From an uncultured virus (IMG/VR IMGVR_UViG_3300032007_000064) (taxonomy: Duplodnaviria; Heunggongvirae; Uroviricota; Caudoviricetes), in the IMG/VR virus record IMGVR_UViG_3300032007_000064: a stretch of 20,000 bases of DNA; one strand, given 5' to 3'. Below, piece by piece: positions 1 through 7,915 of the stretch (within the stretch, counting starts at the first letter, position 1; every line of letters begins with the position of its first letter). A program made the translations under genes and the position numbers. The notes under the pieces were generated by a model that was not told where the DNA came from, ran no database searches, and saw only the letters and a program-made list of their open reading frames with translations.

Positions 1-10
1 CTTTTCTGAG

Positions 11-679
11 ATGGACACGGCACAGGATAGCGGCTTTAACTCTCATCCTGTCCCCGTCACAGTGTCAGAAACAGACTTTGAAGAATATGAAACACTGTGT
101 GAACAGTCAGCAGAAACTTTATCGGAACAGTTTAATCTGTCAGCACAGCAAAAGGATATACTTTCAAAGCTGTTCCTTGGATATGGTAAACAAGCTACAG
201 CAACATATATCGGTACTAATATTGGTAACGTATGTAACCAGATAACACGCACAAAACAGAAAGTAAAAGCGTCTGACTGGTATGCAGAACACACAGCGGC
301 AACAGCACAGGCAGAAGCAATTCTTTTCCTTTTGGAAACAGAAGCAGAGGACAGCAAAACAGCGGCACAGCGCGCGACAGAAGCAACAGACAGCGCACGC
401 AAGGCGGCACAGGCGGCAGACGCGGCACAGAAAAATGCCTTCCGCGCCGCACAGCACGCGGCAGAGTATGCACGCACAGCGGCACGCACAGCACGCACAG
501 CGGCAGAGAAAGCAGAACAGGCGGCGGCACTTTCTGACTTTTGGAAAGCGGCACAGGCGGCACAGGCGGCAGACAAGACAGCACGCACAGCACAGGCGGC
601 GGCACGCATAGCACAGAAACAGGCACAGGCGGCACAGGCGGCGGCACGCGCAGAAAGAAAGGAACGTCTGCACAGATAA
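11..679 (+). CDS. LuxR/sigma-4-like HTH protein with Ala-rich low-complexity helical tail (probably 5'-truncated by the window)
   Basis: LSAQQKDILSKLFLGYGKQATATYIGTNIGNVCNQITRTKQKV fits the LuxR-type HTH spacing; C-terminal AAQAA/TAR repeats; frame is open from base 2; followed by a terminator. Confidence 0.55.
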   Translation: MDTAQDSGFNSHPVPVTVSETDFEEYETLCEQSAETLSEQFNLSAQQKDILSKLFLGYGKQATATYIGTNIGNVCNQITRTKQKVKASDWYAEHTAATAQAEAILFLLETEAEDSKTAAQRATEATDSARKAAQAADAAQKNAFRAAQHAAEYARTAARTARTAAEKAEQAAALSDFWKAAQAAQAADKTARTAQAAARIAQKQAQAAQAAARAERKERLHR

Positions 680-702
680 AACACAGATAGCACACAGCAC
701 AG

Positions 703-735
703 AAAGGCGGCATTTTTGCCGCCTTTTTCTTTTTT
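703..735 (+). terminator. Rho-independent terminator
   Basis: AAAGGCGGCA-tttt-TGCCGCCTTT stem followed by a T-tract. Confidence 0.8.
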
Positions 736-744
736 GGACAGGGC

Positions 745-1008
745 ACACAGGACACGCTGACAGGCACGCAGGGCGCGCTGTAGCGGCTTGTAAGAGGGTT
801 TCCGATAGGAAGTGAGGGAACAGCTACACAGGACACGCTGACAGGCACGCAGGGCGCGCTGTAGCGGCTTGTAAGAGGGTTTCCGATAGGAAGTGAGGGA
901 ACAGCTACACAGGACACGCTGACAGGCACGCAGGGCGCGCTGTAGCGGCTTGTAAGAGGGTTTCCGATAGGAAGTGAGGGAACAGCTACACAGGACACGC
1001 TGACAGGC
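745..1008. repeat. Perfect 81-bp tandem repeat, 3 full copies plus a 21-bp partial copy
   Basis: Unit ACACAGGACACGCTGACAGGCACGCAGGG...GAGGGAACAGCT starts at 745, 826, 907 and 988. Confidence 0.95.
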
Positions 1009-1042
1009 GCTAAAAAATGGAAATCAAAACGGAGGAAATCGG

Positions 1043-1258
1043 ATGAAAGCTGATTTTTATTCTGTGATAATGGAAGAAGAAATCGACACAGGATGCTATT
1101 GTAGCTTAGTACCATGCACTCTTGCTACATTTCCTACATTATCATCTGCAAAATCATACGCAAGATATATTAAAAAAATATATGTTGAGACTCATGTATT
1201 TGTTGTTCCTCAAACATGGGGACAATATACATACAATAATAGAAATCATATGAGATAA
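1043..1258 (+). CDS. Small hypothetical protein, paralog of 4917..5120
   Basis: GGAGG RBS; shares MKADFY and VPQTWG motifs with 4917..5120. Confidence 0.7.
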   Translation: MKADFYSVIMEEEIDTGCYCSLVPCTLATFPTLSSAKSYARYIKKIYVETHVFVVPQTWGQYTYNNRNHMR

Positions 1259-1419
1259 ATGGGTAATTAAAGCATGTATGCTATGAATTTTTCTCTGGTG
1301 TATGTGTTTTATGTAACAAATCCACTTCTCCTTATCGGTTTAATCATTCAAACATACTCGCAAATTAGTTTGTTAGTATGTCTGGGTGATTAAACTGTAT
1401 TTATGAAAGGAGAAATATC

Positions 1420-2175
1420 ATGGCACAGAAAACTAAAGCCGAAATCATGAAGGAACTGAAGGAACTGAGAGCTACTGCTGAGAAACTTGTTGATCAGCGT
1501 AATGAGCTGAATGAGGACGGAGAGTCTGAGAAGGCCAGAGAAGTTGAAATTGAGCTTATTGAAACTGTCAACAAGTACACAAGCGAAGCTAAGAATCTTG
1601 CATACAATGAGTGCAAGAATTCGAAGAATCCGATGGTTGCTGGCTGCAAAAAATTCAATTATGATACTATCCGTGTCAAGGAAATCAGGATTGAAGGTTC
1701 TACGCAGACAACGCTCGAGATTGACGATGCTGTCAAACCTATCAAACTTCGTGAACTGCACAACAAGTGCAACGGAATCGGTAAGGATCAGAAGTGGATT
1801 TATGCTGTTGAGAAATTTAATCAGAAGATGACAGCAAAGGTGTGCAGCATGTTGGGAATCGACCCGACAAAGGTTTATAACTCATATTATATGAGTAAAC
1901 TTGCTAAGGATGTCCAGATTGATGCAACGGTACTCAGTGACGAATCCTGCTTCGAGGATATGAACAAAGTTGTACATAAGATGCTCGGTGATAAGTTCAA
2001 TATCACGAAGGAAGATTATAACCGTATGTTTATCACATATGCTTCTGCAGATAAAGTCAAGGCACTTAAGACAATCTGCTCTAATCATGAGAAGATCACA
2101 CGCAGCTTCCAGTCTATCTGCAACCGGCTTATCACTAATGGTCAGTGGGAAGTGGACTTCCGTGAAGATAAGTGA
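1420..2175 (+). CDS. Hypothetical phage protein (251 aa, N-terminal coiled coil)
   Basis: GAAAGGAGAA RBS at 1405-1414; long ORF; terminator downstream. Confidence 0.85.
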   Translation: MAQKTKAEIMKELKELRATAEKLVDQRNELNEDGESEKAREVEIELIETVNKYTSEAKNLAYNECKNSKNPMVAGCKKFNYDTIRVKEIRIEGSTQTTLEIDDAVKPIKLRELHNKCNGIGKDQKWIYAVEKFNQKMTAKVCSMLGIDPTKVYNSYYMSKLAKDVQIDATVLSDESCFEDMNKVVHKMLGDKFNITKEDYNRMFITYASADKVKALKTICSNHEKITRSFQSICNRLITNGQWEVDFREDK

Positions 2176-2246
2176 TATAATGATCAGGTAATAAACCGGG
2201 TTGCGTCGGTTTATTATGCACAGTCAATTGGCTGTGTTCTGAGTGG

Positions 2247-2273
2247 GGGAATTCCTTCGGGAATTCCCTTTTT
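2247..2273 (+). terminator. Rho-independent terminator with C(UUCG)G loop
   Basis: GGGAATTCC-TTCG-GGAATTCCC-TTTTT. Confidence 0.85.
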
Positions 2274-2401
2274 AATTATGAACCTGTTTATTTTCAATTT
2301 TACGTCTCTCACACCCATCGTAGCATTGAAAATGAAGGGAAAATACATTATTCACCGCGGGCCGGGAAAACCGCCTCCATAATCGCTCTCGGCCTGCACA
2401 T

Positions 2402-2469
2402 CGCATGAACTCAGGCGAGGAATCTTGTCTATCGGCAAGGTTTTACAGGTTCGAATCCTGTTCATGCGT
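2402..2469 (+). ncRNA. tRNA-like RNA lacking a canonical D arm and anticodon loop
   Basis: Acceptor CGCATGA/TCATGCG; T arm ACAGG-TTCGAAT-CCTGT; one internal GU-rich stem GGAATCTTGTC/GGCAAGGTTTT. Confidence 0.55.
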
Positions 2470-2592
2470 CTCGAAGCGCCAGATTGATCGGCGTGGAATC
2501 TCTTAGAAGTGCGGGGAATATCACAACGATAATGCGTAGAAGTGATGTGATATTGTGCAGGAAAGGTGGGAATCCTGTACGTCTAAATCGTA

Positions 2593-2668
2593 TCATGTGC
2601 AAATCGGCAGGGAATCGCATCCTCCTCCTGTGCGGTTCCCTGAATTGGTTCGAATCCAATCTCATGAA
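2593..2668 (+). ncRNA. tRNA-like RNA with a 13-bp stem and CCUCCUCCU loop
   Basis: Acceptor TCATGTG/CTCATGA (1 mismatch); stem 2608-2620/2630-2642; T arm ATTGG-TTCGAAT-CCAAT. Confidence 0.55.
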
Positions 2669-2678
2669 TTTGTAACTG

Positions 2679-3098
2679 ATGGCAAGGAATTATAGGGAGA
2701 GGACAGTTATGACGGTAAGTGAAATTTTAATGGCGATATGGTGCGAGAATCCAAACCGGGAAATTGTGTCCATTACAAACGAAGGAATCGTATTTGGTGA
2801 TACCGGAGAAGTGACTTCATTGGAGCAGGGAATTAAACGTTATAAAGCAGAGATTCTTGGTGAATGTTATGCAAGCGATCCAGATACATATCCGGATTTT
2901 GTGAGGAATGCATTCGGTTATTTTGATGAATTTCGCACGAAAAATCCGCAGGAAAATGTCGATACGATTGCTCGCATTGCAGCACGTTGTTATGCGGAAT
3001 CCAATGAACAATACGAATTTATATTGGATTGTTTTTGCGTATCGTATCCGGAATTCAAAGGTCAGGAATTTATGATTAGGAGATATGAGGAATCATGA
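2679..3098 (+). CDS. Hypothetical protein (start may be ATG 2709)
   Basis: 139-aa ORF; GGGAGAGG upstream of the ATG at 2709. Confidence 0.7.
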   Translation: MARNYRERTVMTVSEILMAIWCENPNREIVSITNEGIVFGDTGEVTSLEQGIKRYKAEILGECYASDPDTYPDFVRNAFGYFDEFRTKNPQENVDTIARIAARCYAESNEQYEFILDCFCVSYPEFKGQEFMIRRYEES

Positions 3099-3309
3099 AA
3101 CATATTATCTGGCGCAGTCATTCAACTGGCGAAATAGTCGAGGGAATCTTAAACGTAATCAAATGTTCAATCGAAAATTTCCGGACAATCAGTCCGGTCA
3201 CAGGAAAACGAATCGTGTGTCTCTTGTGGATACCGTGGAAATTCGGGAATTTGTAACATCAACACCCAGCACGCATCTCATAAGAACTGCGGACCAAGCT
3301 GTGTCTTTT

Positions 3310-3403
3310 AGTACAGTGGGCAAAATGGTTAAAGCCAGCGCTCGCAGAGTAGCGTGGGGAATCTGATCAGTTTCCTCTGCAGGTTCGAATCCTGCCTGTA
3401 CTG
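3310..3403 (+). tRNA. Atypical class II (Ser/Leu-like) tRNA or pseudo-tRNA with an 8-nt anticodon loop
   Basis: Acceptor AGTACAG/CTGTACT with G discriminator; D arm GGC-AAAATGGTTAAA-GCC; stem GCGCT/AGCGT with loop CGCAGAGT; long variable arm; T arm GCAGG-TTCGAAT-CCTGC. Confidence 0.6.
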
Positions 3404-3560
3404 CACATCAAGGATAGCAACCTTGAGTTTGATGAAAGACTCAAATCTGGATTTTGTATAGGGTTCGCAACCCATAGGGGTCGGGGAAAATGGGATTGCC
3501 CGACAGCACGATTTGGTGGGAAACGTGCGTGATCACGAGGAATCACAAAAAGGAGGGCTT

Positions 3561-3773
3561 ATGAGTTTTCAGGAATTTGTAGACGGCATTATTGAACTTG
3601 CCGCAAAATGCGGGGAAAATGTCACAGTTCATTTCGATTATGATGAAAAAGCCGGGAAGTATGTAGGAATTGCATCTAATGGTATGCAGTTCACAGGGAA
3701 TTCGTATTCGTTAAAAATAACTGCACGATGGGGAACAGGTCATCAGGCGCAATTTGAACTGACTGCAGCGTGA
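3561..3773 (+). CDS. Hypothetical protein (70 aa)
   Basis: AAAGGAGGG RBS before ATG 3561. Confidence 0.75.
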   Translation: MSFQEFVDGIIELAAKCGENVTVHFDYDEKAGKYVGIASNGMQFTGNSYSLKITARWGTGHQAQFELTAA

Positions 3774-3784
3774 GGTGCAGGAAA

Positions 3785-3955
3785 ATGAGTATGATAATCG
3801 GAAAATATCATATTACATATCGAATCGGCGACGATTACGCCGAGGTCAGGAAAATCGGATATGTCGACAAGTTCGGCAGGGTTTTGAATCAGGAATTAGT
3901 GTTCCGTGGAACGTGGTCTGAATGTATAGCGTATGTGGCGTGGAACGTGGTCTAG
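3785..3955 (+). CDS. Hypothetical small protein
   Basis: GAGGTG RBS before ATG 3785; in operon order. Confidence 0.55.
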   Translation: MSMIIGKYHITYRIGDDYAEVRKIGYVDKFGRVLNQELVFRGTWSECIAYVAWNVV

Positions 3956-3979
3956 CGATCTGAATGTATAGCATATGTG
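3905..3979. repeat. Local direct duplication (~33 bp), second copy with an 8-nt insertion
   Basis: CGTGGAACGTGGTCT-GAATGTATAGCRTATGTG at 3905-3937 and 3939-3979. Confidence 0.8.
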
Positions 3980-3992
3980 AAAGGCGGGGAAA

Positions 3993-4511
3993 ATGAAAAA
4001 GCGGAAATCACACGCGTTCGGAAAAGATGTATATCTGCTTGGTGCAGATAGTGAGGGAACTTTATATTGGCTCGAAGAGCCTGTATGGGATTGTAATTGG
4101 TACTGGGGATTTGGGTATATTGAAACATACACAAACAACAGAAATCCGGGAAATTCAAGCGATATTGAATCACATGAGCATTTTGATGGGTTGAAAAACA
4201 TAGGGAATCAGAGAACAAATTTACACACAGGATTTTTGAAAAAGTTTACTGAAACTCCACTGACAGATTCGGAAATCTGGCAACTGTGTGAACTTATGGA
4301 AAGCTATTACATATGCAGGGATTATTCAGATTTCATCTTTTGTACCGGAGCACATTACACTGGCAATAATCCTGTAAAAGATTTAATTAAAAACACGACG
4401 GAATATGACAGGATTAATCAAGTTGTTCTTCCTGAAATCTTTAATGAAGTTAGGAAAATTCTTGATCCGGAAAGTGAGGTGTCGACAAGTTATGTGGATG
4501 GTAACAGGTGA
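3993..4511 (+). CDS. Hypothetical phage protein (172 aa, aromatic-rich WDCNWYWGFGY motif)
   Basis: Long ORF with GGCGGGG RBS. Confidence 0.8.
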   Translation: MKKRKSHAFGKDVYLLGADSEGTLYWLEEPVWDCNWYWGFGYIETYTNNRNPGNSSDIESHEHFDGLKNIGNQRTNLHTGFLKKFTETPLTDSEIWQLCELMESYYICRDYSDFIFCTGAHYTGNNPVKDLIKNTTEYDRINQVVLPEIFNEVRKILDPESEVSTSYVDGNR

Positions 4512-4722
4512 AAATTACGAAGAGTTGTTTTATAACAAAAAAGAAAATGCTATAAAAGGTGCTAAAGAACTTTATAAACATTTAATGGAAGATGAATTTG
4601 GTTCAATAGAATGTTACGAAAAACATTATGGTTCTATTGAAGAAGACTATAAGAGGATAGAAGAAATAGAAAATTATCATGATGATTGGATTACAATAAA
4701 AGAAATAGTGACAGAAGATTAA
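4492..4722 (+). CDS. Hypothetical acidic protein
   Basis: GAGGTG upstream of ATG 4492; fills the gap between neighbours. Confidence 0.6.
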   Translation: MWMVTGENYEELFYNKKENAIKGAKELYKHLMEDEFGSIECYEKHYGSIEEDYKRIEEIENYHDDWITIKEIVTED

Positions 4723-4737
4723 AAACGAGGTTTTGCG

Positions 4738-4920
4738 ATGTTATACGATTTACTTTGGGCTTTATACACAGCCAAAACAGACAAGGAAAAATCGAAGGCT
4801 TTTCGAAATTTAGAAAAGCTCGGTATGGATCGTCAGACTGCAACAATGATGGTAAATGAAATCAAAGATGAAATATGGGTATCGCTTGGATATGATCCAT
4901 ATGTGAGGGAAATCGGATGA
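4738..4920 (+). CDS. Hypothetical protein (60 aa)
   Basis: Starts within the repeated GAGGTTTTGCGATG leader; ATGA overlap with the next gene. Confidence 0.75.
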   Translation: MLYDLLWALYTAKTDKEKSKAFRNLEKLGMDRQTATMMVNEIKDEIWVSLGYDPYVREIG

Positions 4921-5120
4921 AAGCGGATTTTTATGCGGTACAAGTTGAAGTTGACGGATACGGTAACACGATTACATTAGCGATTTTTAAAACGAAGAAT
5001 GAAGCTCAGAAATATGTAAAAACACGCGACTTCAGCTGGATCGATTTTTCAGGCTGTTTTAGCGACGAACCTGTTAGGATAGTTCCTCAAACATGGGGAA
5101 AATACAAATCTGTATTTTGA
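4917..5120 (+). CDS. Small hypothetical protein, paralog of 1043..1258
   Basis: MKADFY...VPQTWG; translational coupling to the previous ORF. Confidence 0.75.
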   Translation: MKADFYAVQVEVDGYGNTITLAIFKTKNEAQKYVKTRDFSWIDFSGCFSDEPVRIVPQTWGKYKSVF

Positions 5121-5141
5121 TTATGAAACGGAGGTTTTGCG

Positions 5142-5426
5142 ATGAAACTTTACATAGGGCTTATAGATTTATGTGAAAGTTATGGAACCGATTTACATTG
5201 TGCAGGGATTTTCGATTCAGCTGAAAAGAGAGATTTGGCTGTGAAAAAATTGCTCCGTGCATATGGAAAGGATTCTGAAAGCCAAGATGATTCTGAGGAT
5301 AAAATTGAGATCGACGGCAAGGAATATCAGGTATTTGAAAATGATGACGAAGAGCAATCATATGAGTTTGATGTGTTCGAGCTTAATAAGGAATGTGATA
5401 TAACACTCACATGGTATGAGGAATAA
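5142..5426 (+). CDS. Hypothetical acidic protein (94 aa)
   Basis: GGAGGTTTTGCGATG leader. Confidence 0.8.
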   Translation: MKLYIGLIDLCESYGTDLHCAGIFDSAEKRDLAVKKLLRAYGKDSESQDDSEDKIEIDGKEYQVFENDDEEQSYEFDVFELNKECDITLTWYEE

Positions 5427-5444
5427 TAATACGGAGGTTTTGCG

Positions 5445-5615
5445 ATGCCTTACAATCAAGTAAGAATAACAGTCGAAGCTGGTGGGTTTATTCCGGAATT
5501 CAAAGCGATAATTTGCATTCCAGAAAATGTTGATGAAGAGGAATATATTGATGACATTCTAGAAGAAATCATAAAAGAAGAGGTGTGGGAAAACACGATT
5601 TGGGATTTTTGCTGA
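5445..5615 (+). CDS. Hypothetical acidic protein (56 aa, not in the ORF track)
   Basis: GGAGGTTTTGCGATG leader; translates as MPYNQVRITVEAGG...WENTIWDFC*. Confidence 0.75.
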   Translation: MPYNQVRITVEAGGFIPEFKAIICIPENVDEEEYIDDILEEIIKEEVWENTIWDFC

Positions 5616-5630
5616 AAGTGGGTATACAAA

Positions 5631-5822
5631 ATGATTGAACAAATAAAATTTAGAGACAAGGAAAGCGGATTAATTCATGGCGGAATTCTTCTTGAAGACG
5701 GCGGAATTATTTGTGCTTGCTGTGGTGGGTATATAGAGCCAGATGAAGACTCTGTTGAAATCTTAGAAGTGTACGATGATTGGATCGATTTTTCGGAGAG
5801 CATTTGCAAAAGGGGAATATAA
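5631..5822 (+). CDS. Hypothetical protein with a CxCCG motif
   Basis: 63 aa; IICACCGG is a possible metal site. Confidence 0.7.
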   Translation: MIEQIKFRDKESGLIHGGILLEDGGIICACCGGYIEPDEDSVEILEVYDDWIDFSESICKRGI

Positions 5823-5906
5823 AATGTTGTTAATTCAGATGGGGATTTTCGCAGTCGTTCCGACTGCTTTTTTGATTCTGTCAAAAACAATTAAGGAGGA
5901 GTTGTA

Positions 5907-6287
5907 ATGGGATTGAGTTTTGATGAGTCACTTGCTATTGAGTCGGAAAGATCCGCTATCGAAGCAAGGGAACGTTGGAAGAATATTTGTAATGAAATTG
6001 AAGATACACAAGGAATTCATTTTGATCCTGAATGGGAAGTTAAATGTATTCCTCCATTTGGTGGATCGATGGCGAGATTTGTTGTTTACCACAATAATAA
6101 ACGCGTTAGTGTATATCTTGACTGGTACTCAAGATTGGGTTGGGTTGTTGATGACGAAGGTGAACCGCTTCCATATTACGAAATTTATCCATCCAAAGAC
6201 GGAGATGTTGAACGGTTCGGAATCACGGAAACGGATAATATGGTTCGGGCAATAAGAGAATCATTGGAATCACAGGAAAATCACTGA
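5907..6287 (+). CDS. Hypothetical protein (126 aa)
   Basis: AAGGAGGAG RBS. Confidence 0.8.
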   Translation: MGLSFDESLAIESERSAIEARERWKNICNEIEDTQGIHFDPEWEVKCIPPFGGSMARFVVYHNNKRVSVYLDWYSRLGWVVDDEGEPLPYYEIYPSKDGDVERFGITETDNMVRAIRESLESQENH

Positions 6288-6344
6288 GATAACTCAGGAT
6301 TTTATAAATCAAACACTGTTAAAGAACGAAAGGAGAATGTAACT

Positions 6345-6758
6345 ATGTGTACTATTAAATTTGCGCCGGAAAGAGATACCAAAAATGCTATGCGTTTCAC
6401 CGAGGTTCTTGAAGGGAACATGACCAATCAGATCATGGGCAGCGTGTACTTCCAGAAAGATGCTGCGAAGGCAAAAGGATACAAGGAAGGCCAGTACATG
6501 GAAGTGACTGTGCGCTTCATTGATCCGGAACCTGTTGACGGAGCAACCACATTCGCAGCGAAGAATGAGGAAAATATCCGGAAGTACAAAGAGGCTCAGG
6601 CAAAGAAGAAAGCAGCGAAGAAAGTTCCTGCTAAGAAAGCTCCGGCGAAGTCCGCTCCGAAACAGGAAGCTAAGGCTCCTGCTCGCACAGCGAAAAAGGC
6701 TACTGCAAAGACTGCGAAGAAGGCTCCGGCACGGAAAACCCGCGCTAAAAAAGCCTGA
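6345..6758 (+). CDS. Small protein with a histone-H1-like Lys/Ala/Pro (PAKK) tail, putative DNA-binding
   Basis: GAAAGGAGAA RBS; C-terminus KKAAKKVPAKKAPAKSAPK...AKKAPARKTRAKKA. Confidence 0.75.
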   Translation: MCTIKFAPERDTKNAMRFTEVLEGNMTNQIMGSVYFQKDAAKAKGYKEGQYMEVTVRFIDPEPVDGATTFAAKNEENIRKYKEAQAKKKAAKKVPAKKAPAKSAPKQEAKAPARTAKKATAKTAKKAPARKTRAKKA

Positions 6759-6763
6759 TCGTT

Positions 6764-6879
6764 TACATGCCCGGGGGAATCAGATGAATACATATTGCAA
6801 GTAATTGCATCTCGAAGCCGAACGAGACACAAATCGGTATCTGATTCCCAACGCCGAGGTTCGACTCCTCGGCATGTAT
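6764..6879 (+). ncRNA. tRNA-like RNA with an 11-bp stem enclosing a multi-hairpin insert
   Basis: Acceptor TACATGC/GCATGTA; GGGAATCAGAT (6775-6785)/ATCTGATTCCC (6839-6849); T arm CGAGG-TTCGACT-CCTCG. Confidence 0.6.
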
Positions 6880-6901
6880 TTCAAAATTTAAAAGAAGGGA
6901 G

Positions 6902-7096
6902 ATGACGGTAATGCAGAAACGATGGCTGAGTGTTGAGCTTAACAGAGGGGAAGAAGAGCTGGCATTTCGTACATTCTTAACAAGAGAAGGGATTGTATAT
7001 GACTCTTGTGGTGCATACAACCTGGTTCATTTCTCTTGTTTGATGGATGAACGTGAACGGGAACTCGCTGACAATTTTTTGGGGAGATTTAGATAG
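6902..7096 (+). CDS. Hypothetical protein
   Basis: AAGGGAG upstream; 64 aa (start may be 6911). Confidence 0.65.
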   Translation: MTVMQKRWLSVELNRGEEELAFRTFLTREGIVYDSCGAYNLVHFSCLMDERERELADNFLGRFR

Positions 7097-7107
7097 GGGG
7101 TATAAGT

Positions 7108-7302
7108 ATGTTTTTGGCAAATGCACAGGCTCTTGCAATGGGAGCTAATAAAGATCTTATGATTAATGGACAAGTCAAAGGAAGTCCGAATAGCCCAGGA
7201 ATCATGGAAATTGTCAAAGAATATGCGTTGTTTAGTTGCTTAATTGAAGAAGAAACGGATGACTTAATTTCGGTCAGGATTTACGAAGACGATGGAGAAT
7301 AA
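7108..7302 (+). CDS. Hypothetical protein
   Basis: AGGGGG RBS; 64 aa. Confidence 0.65.
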   Translation: MFLANAQALAMGANKDLMINGQVKGSPNSPGIMEIVKEYALFSCLIEEETDDLISVRIYEDDGE

Positions 7303-7304
7303 AG

Positions 7305-7472
7305 ATGGATCAACTGCTTTTTCAGATTCGGGAAGTAATGGGAGACGTTTTTGCTGATCAGATTAATGAACTAATTGATAAAGTTTGTACATATAACTTT
7401 AACGTTGGATTTGATACAGGATATGACGTTGGTGTTTATGACGAACGAGAATATATTAAACGAATTGTGTGA
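7305..7472 (+). CDS. Hypothetical protein (55 aa, not in the ORF track)
   Basis: GGAG RBS; MDQLLFQIREVMG...EYIKRIV*; fills the operon gap. Confidence 0.6.
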   Translation: MDQLLFQIREVMGDVFADQINELIDKVCTYNFNVGFDTGYDVGVYDEREYIKRIV

Positions 7473-7486
7473 GGGGGGGAATCACG

Positions 7487-7687
7487 ATGAACAAGCGCAC
7501 GAGGTTGTTTGACGCGAGTAGACCGTTGGGTGATTTTGATGTGGTATACATTGTGAATTCCTCCGGTGTAAAACTCGTTACAGAATTTAATGGATACAAG
7601 GAAAGTGAATACAAAAAGATGATTAATTTTATAAATATTTGCAGGCATAGTAATAAAGTAACATTAGCCATGTATCCAAATATATAA
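7487..7687 (+). CDS. Hypothetical protein
   Basis: GAGGGGGG RBS before ATG 7487. Confidence 0.65.
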   Translation: MNKRTRLFDASRPLGDFDVVYIVNSSGVKLVTEFNGYKESEYKKMINFINICRHSNKVTLAMYPNI

Positions 7688-7702
7688 ACGGGGGGGTAAA
7701 TA

Positions 7703-7906
7703 ATGAATAAGGTTTTAATCGCGATCGCAGTTATCATATACATACTTATCAACTGTATAACGTCAAGAATTTACAGCGCAAAGGAAATGCGCAGGGAATT
7801 TATATGTGGACAGTGCCTTGTCGGAATGATCTGTGCAAATATTTTTTATGCTCCGGCATGGTTTTTGAAAGGATTGAGGGCATTTGTAGTTGCTACTATT
7901 AAATAG
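7703..7906 (+). CDS. Small predicted membrane protein
   Basis: GGGGG RBS; hydrophobic stretches VLIAIAVIIYILI and LVGMICANIFYAPAWFL. Confidence 0.65.
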   Translation: MNKVLIAIAVIIYILINCITSRIYSAKEMRREFICGQCLVGMICANIFYAPAWFLKGLRAFVVATIK

Positions 7907-7915
7907 GAAGAAATT

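Noticed and set aside
745..1008. CRISPR array
   Set aside because: Units are fully identical 81-mers with no variable spacers, and there are no cas genes
43..1115. Long minus-strand ORFs (43..693, 164..748, 216..1115) and + ORF 282..611
   Set aside because: Shadows of the low-complexity gene and of the 81-bp (multiple of 3) repeat; no RBS and implausible composition
3085..3366. 93-aa ORF
   Set aside because: Its 3' part runs through the tRNA-like element at 3310-3403. It has an AGGAG RBS, so it is not excluded, but it is too uncertain to call
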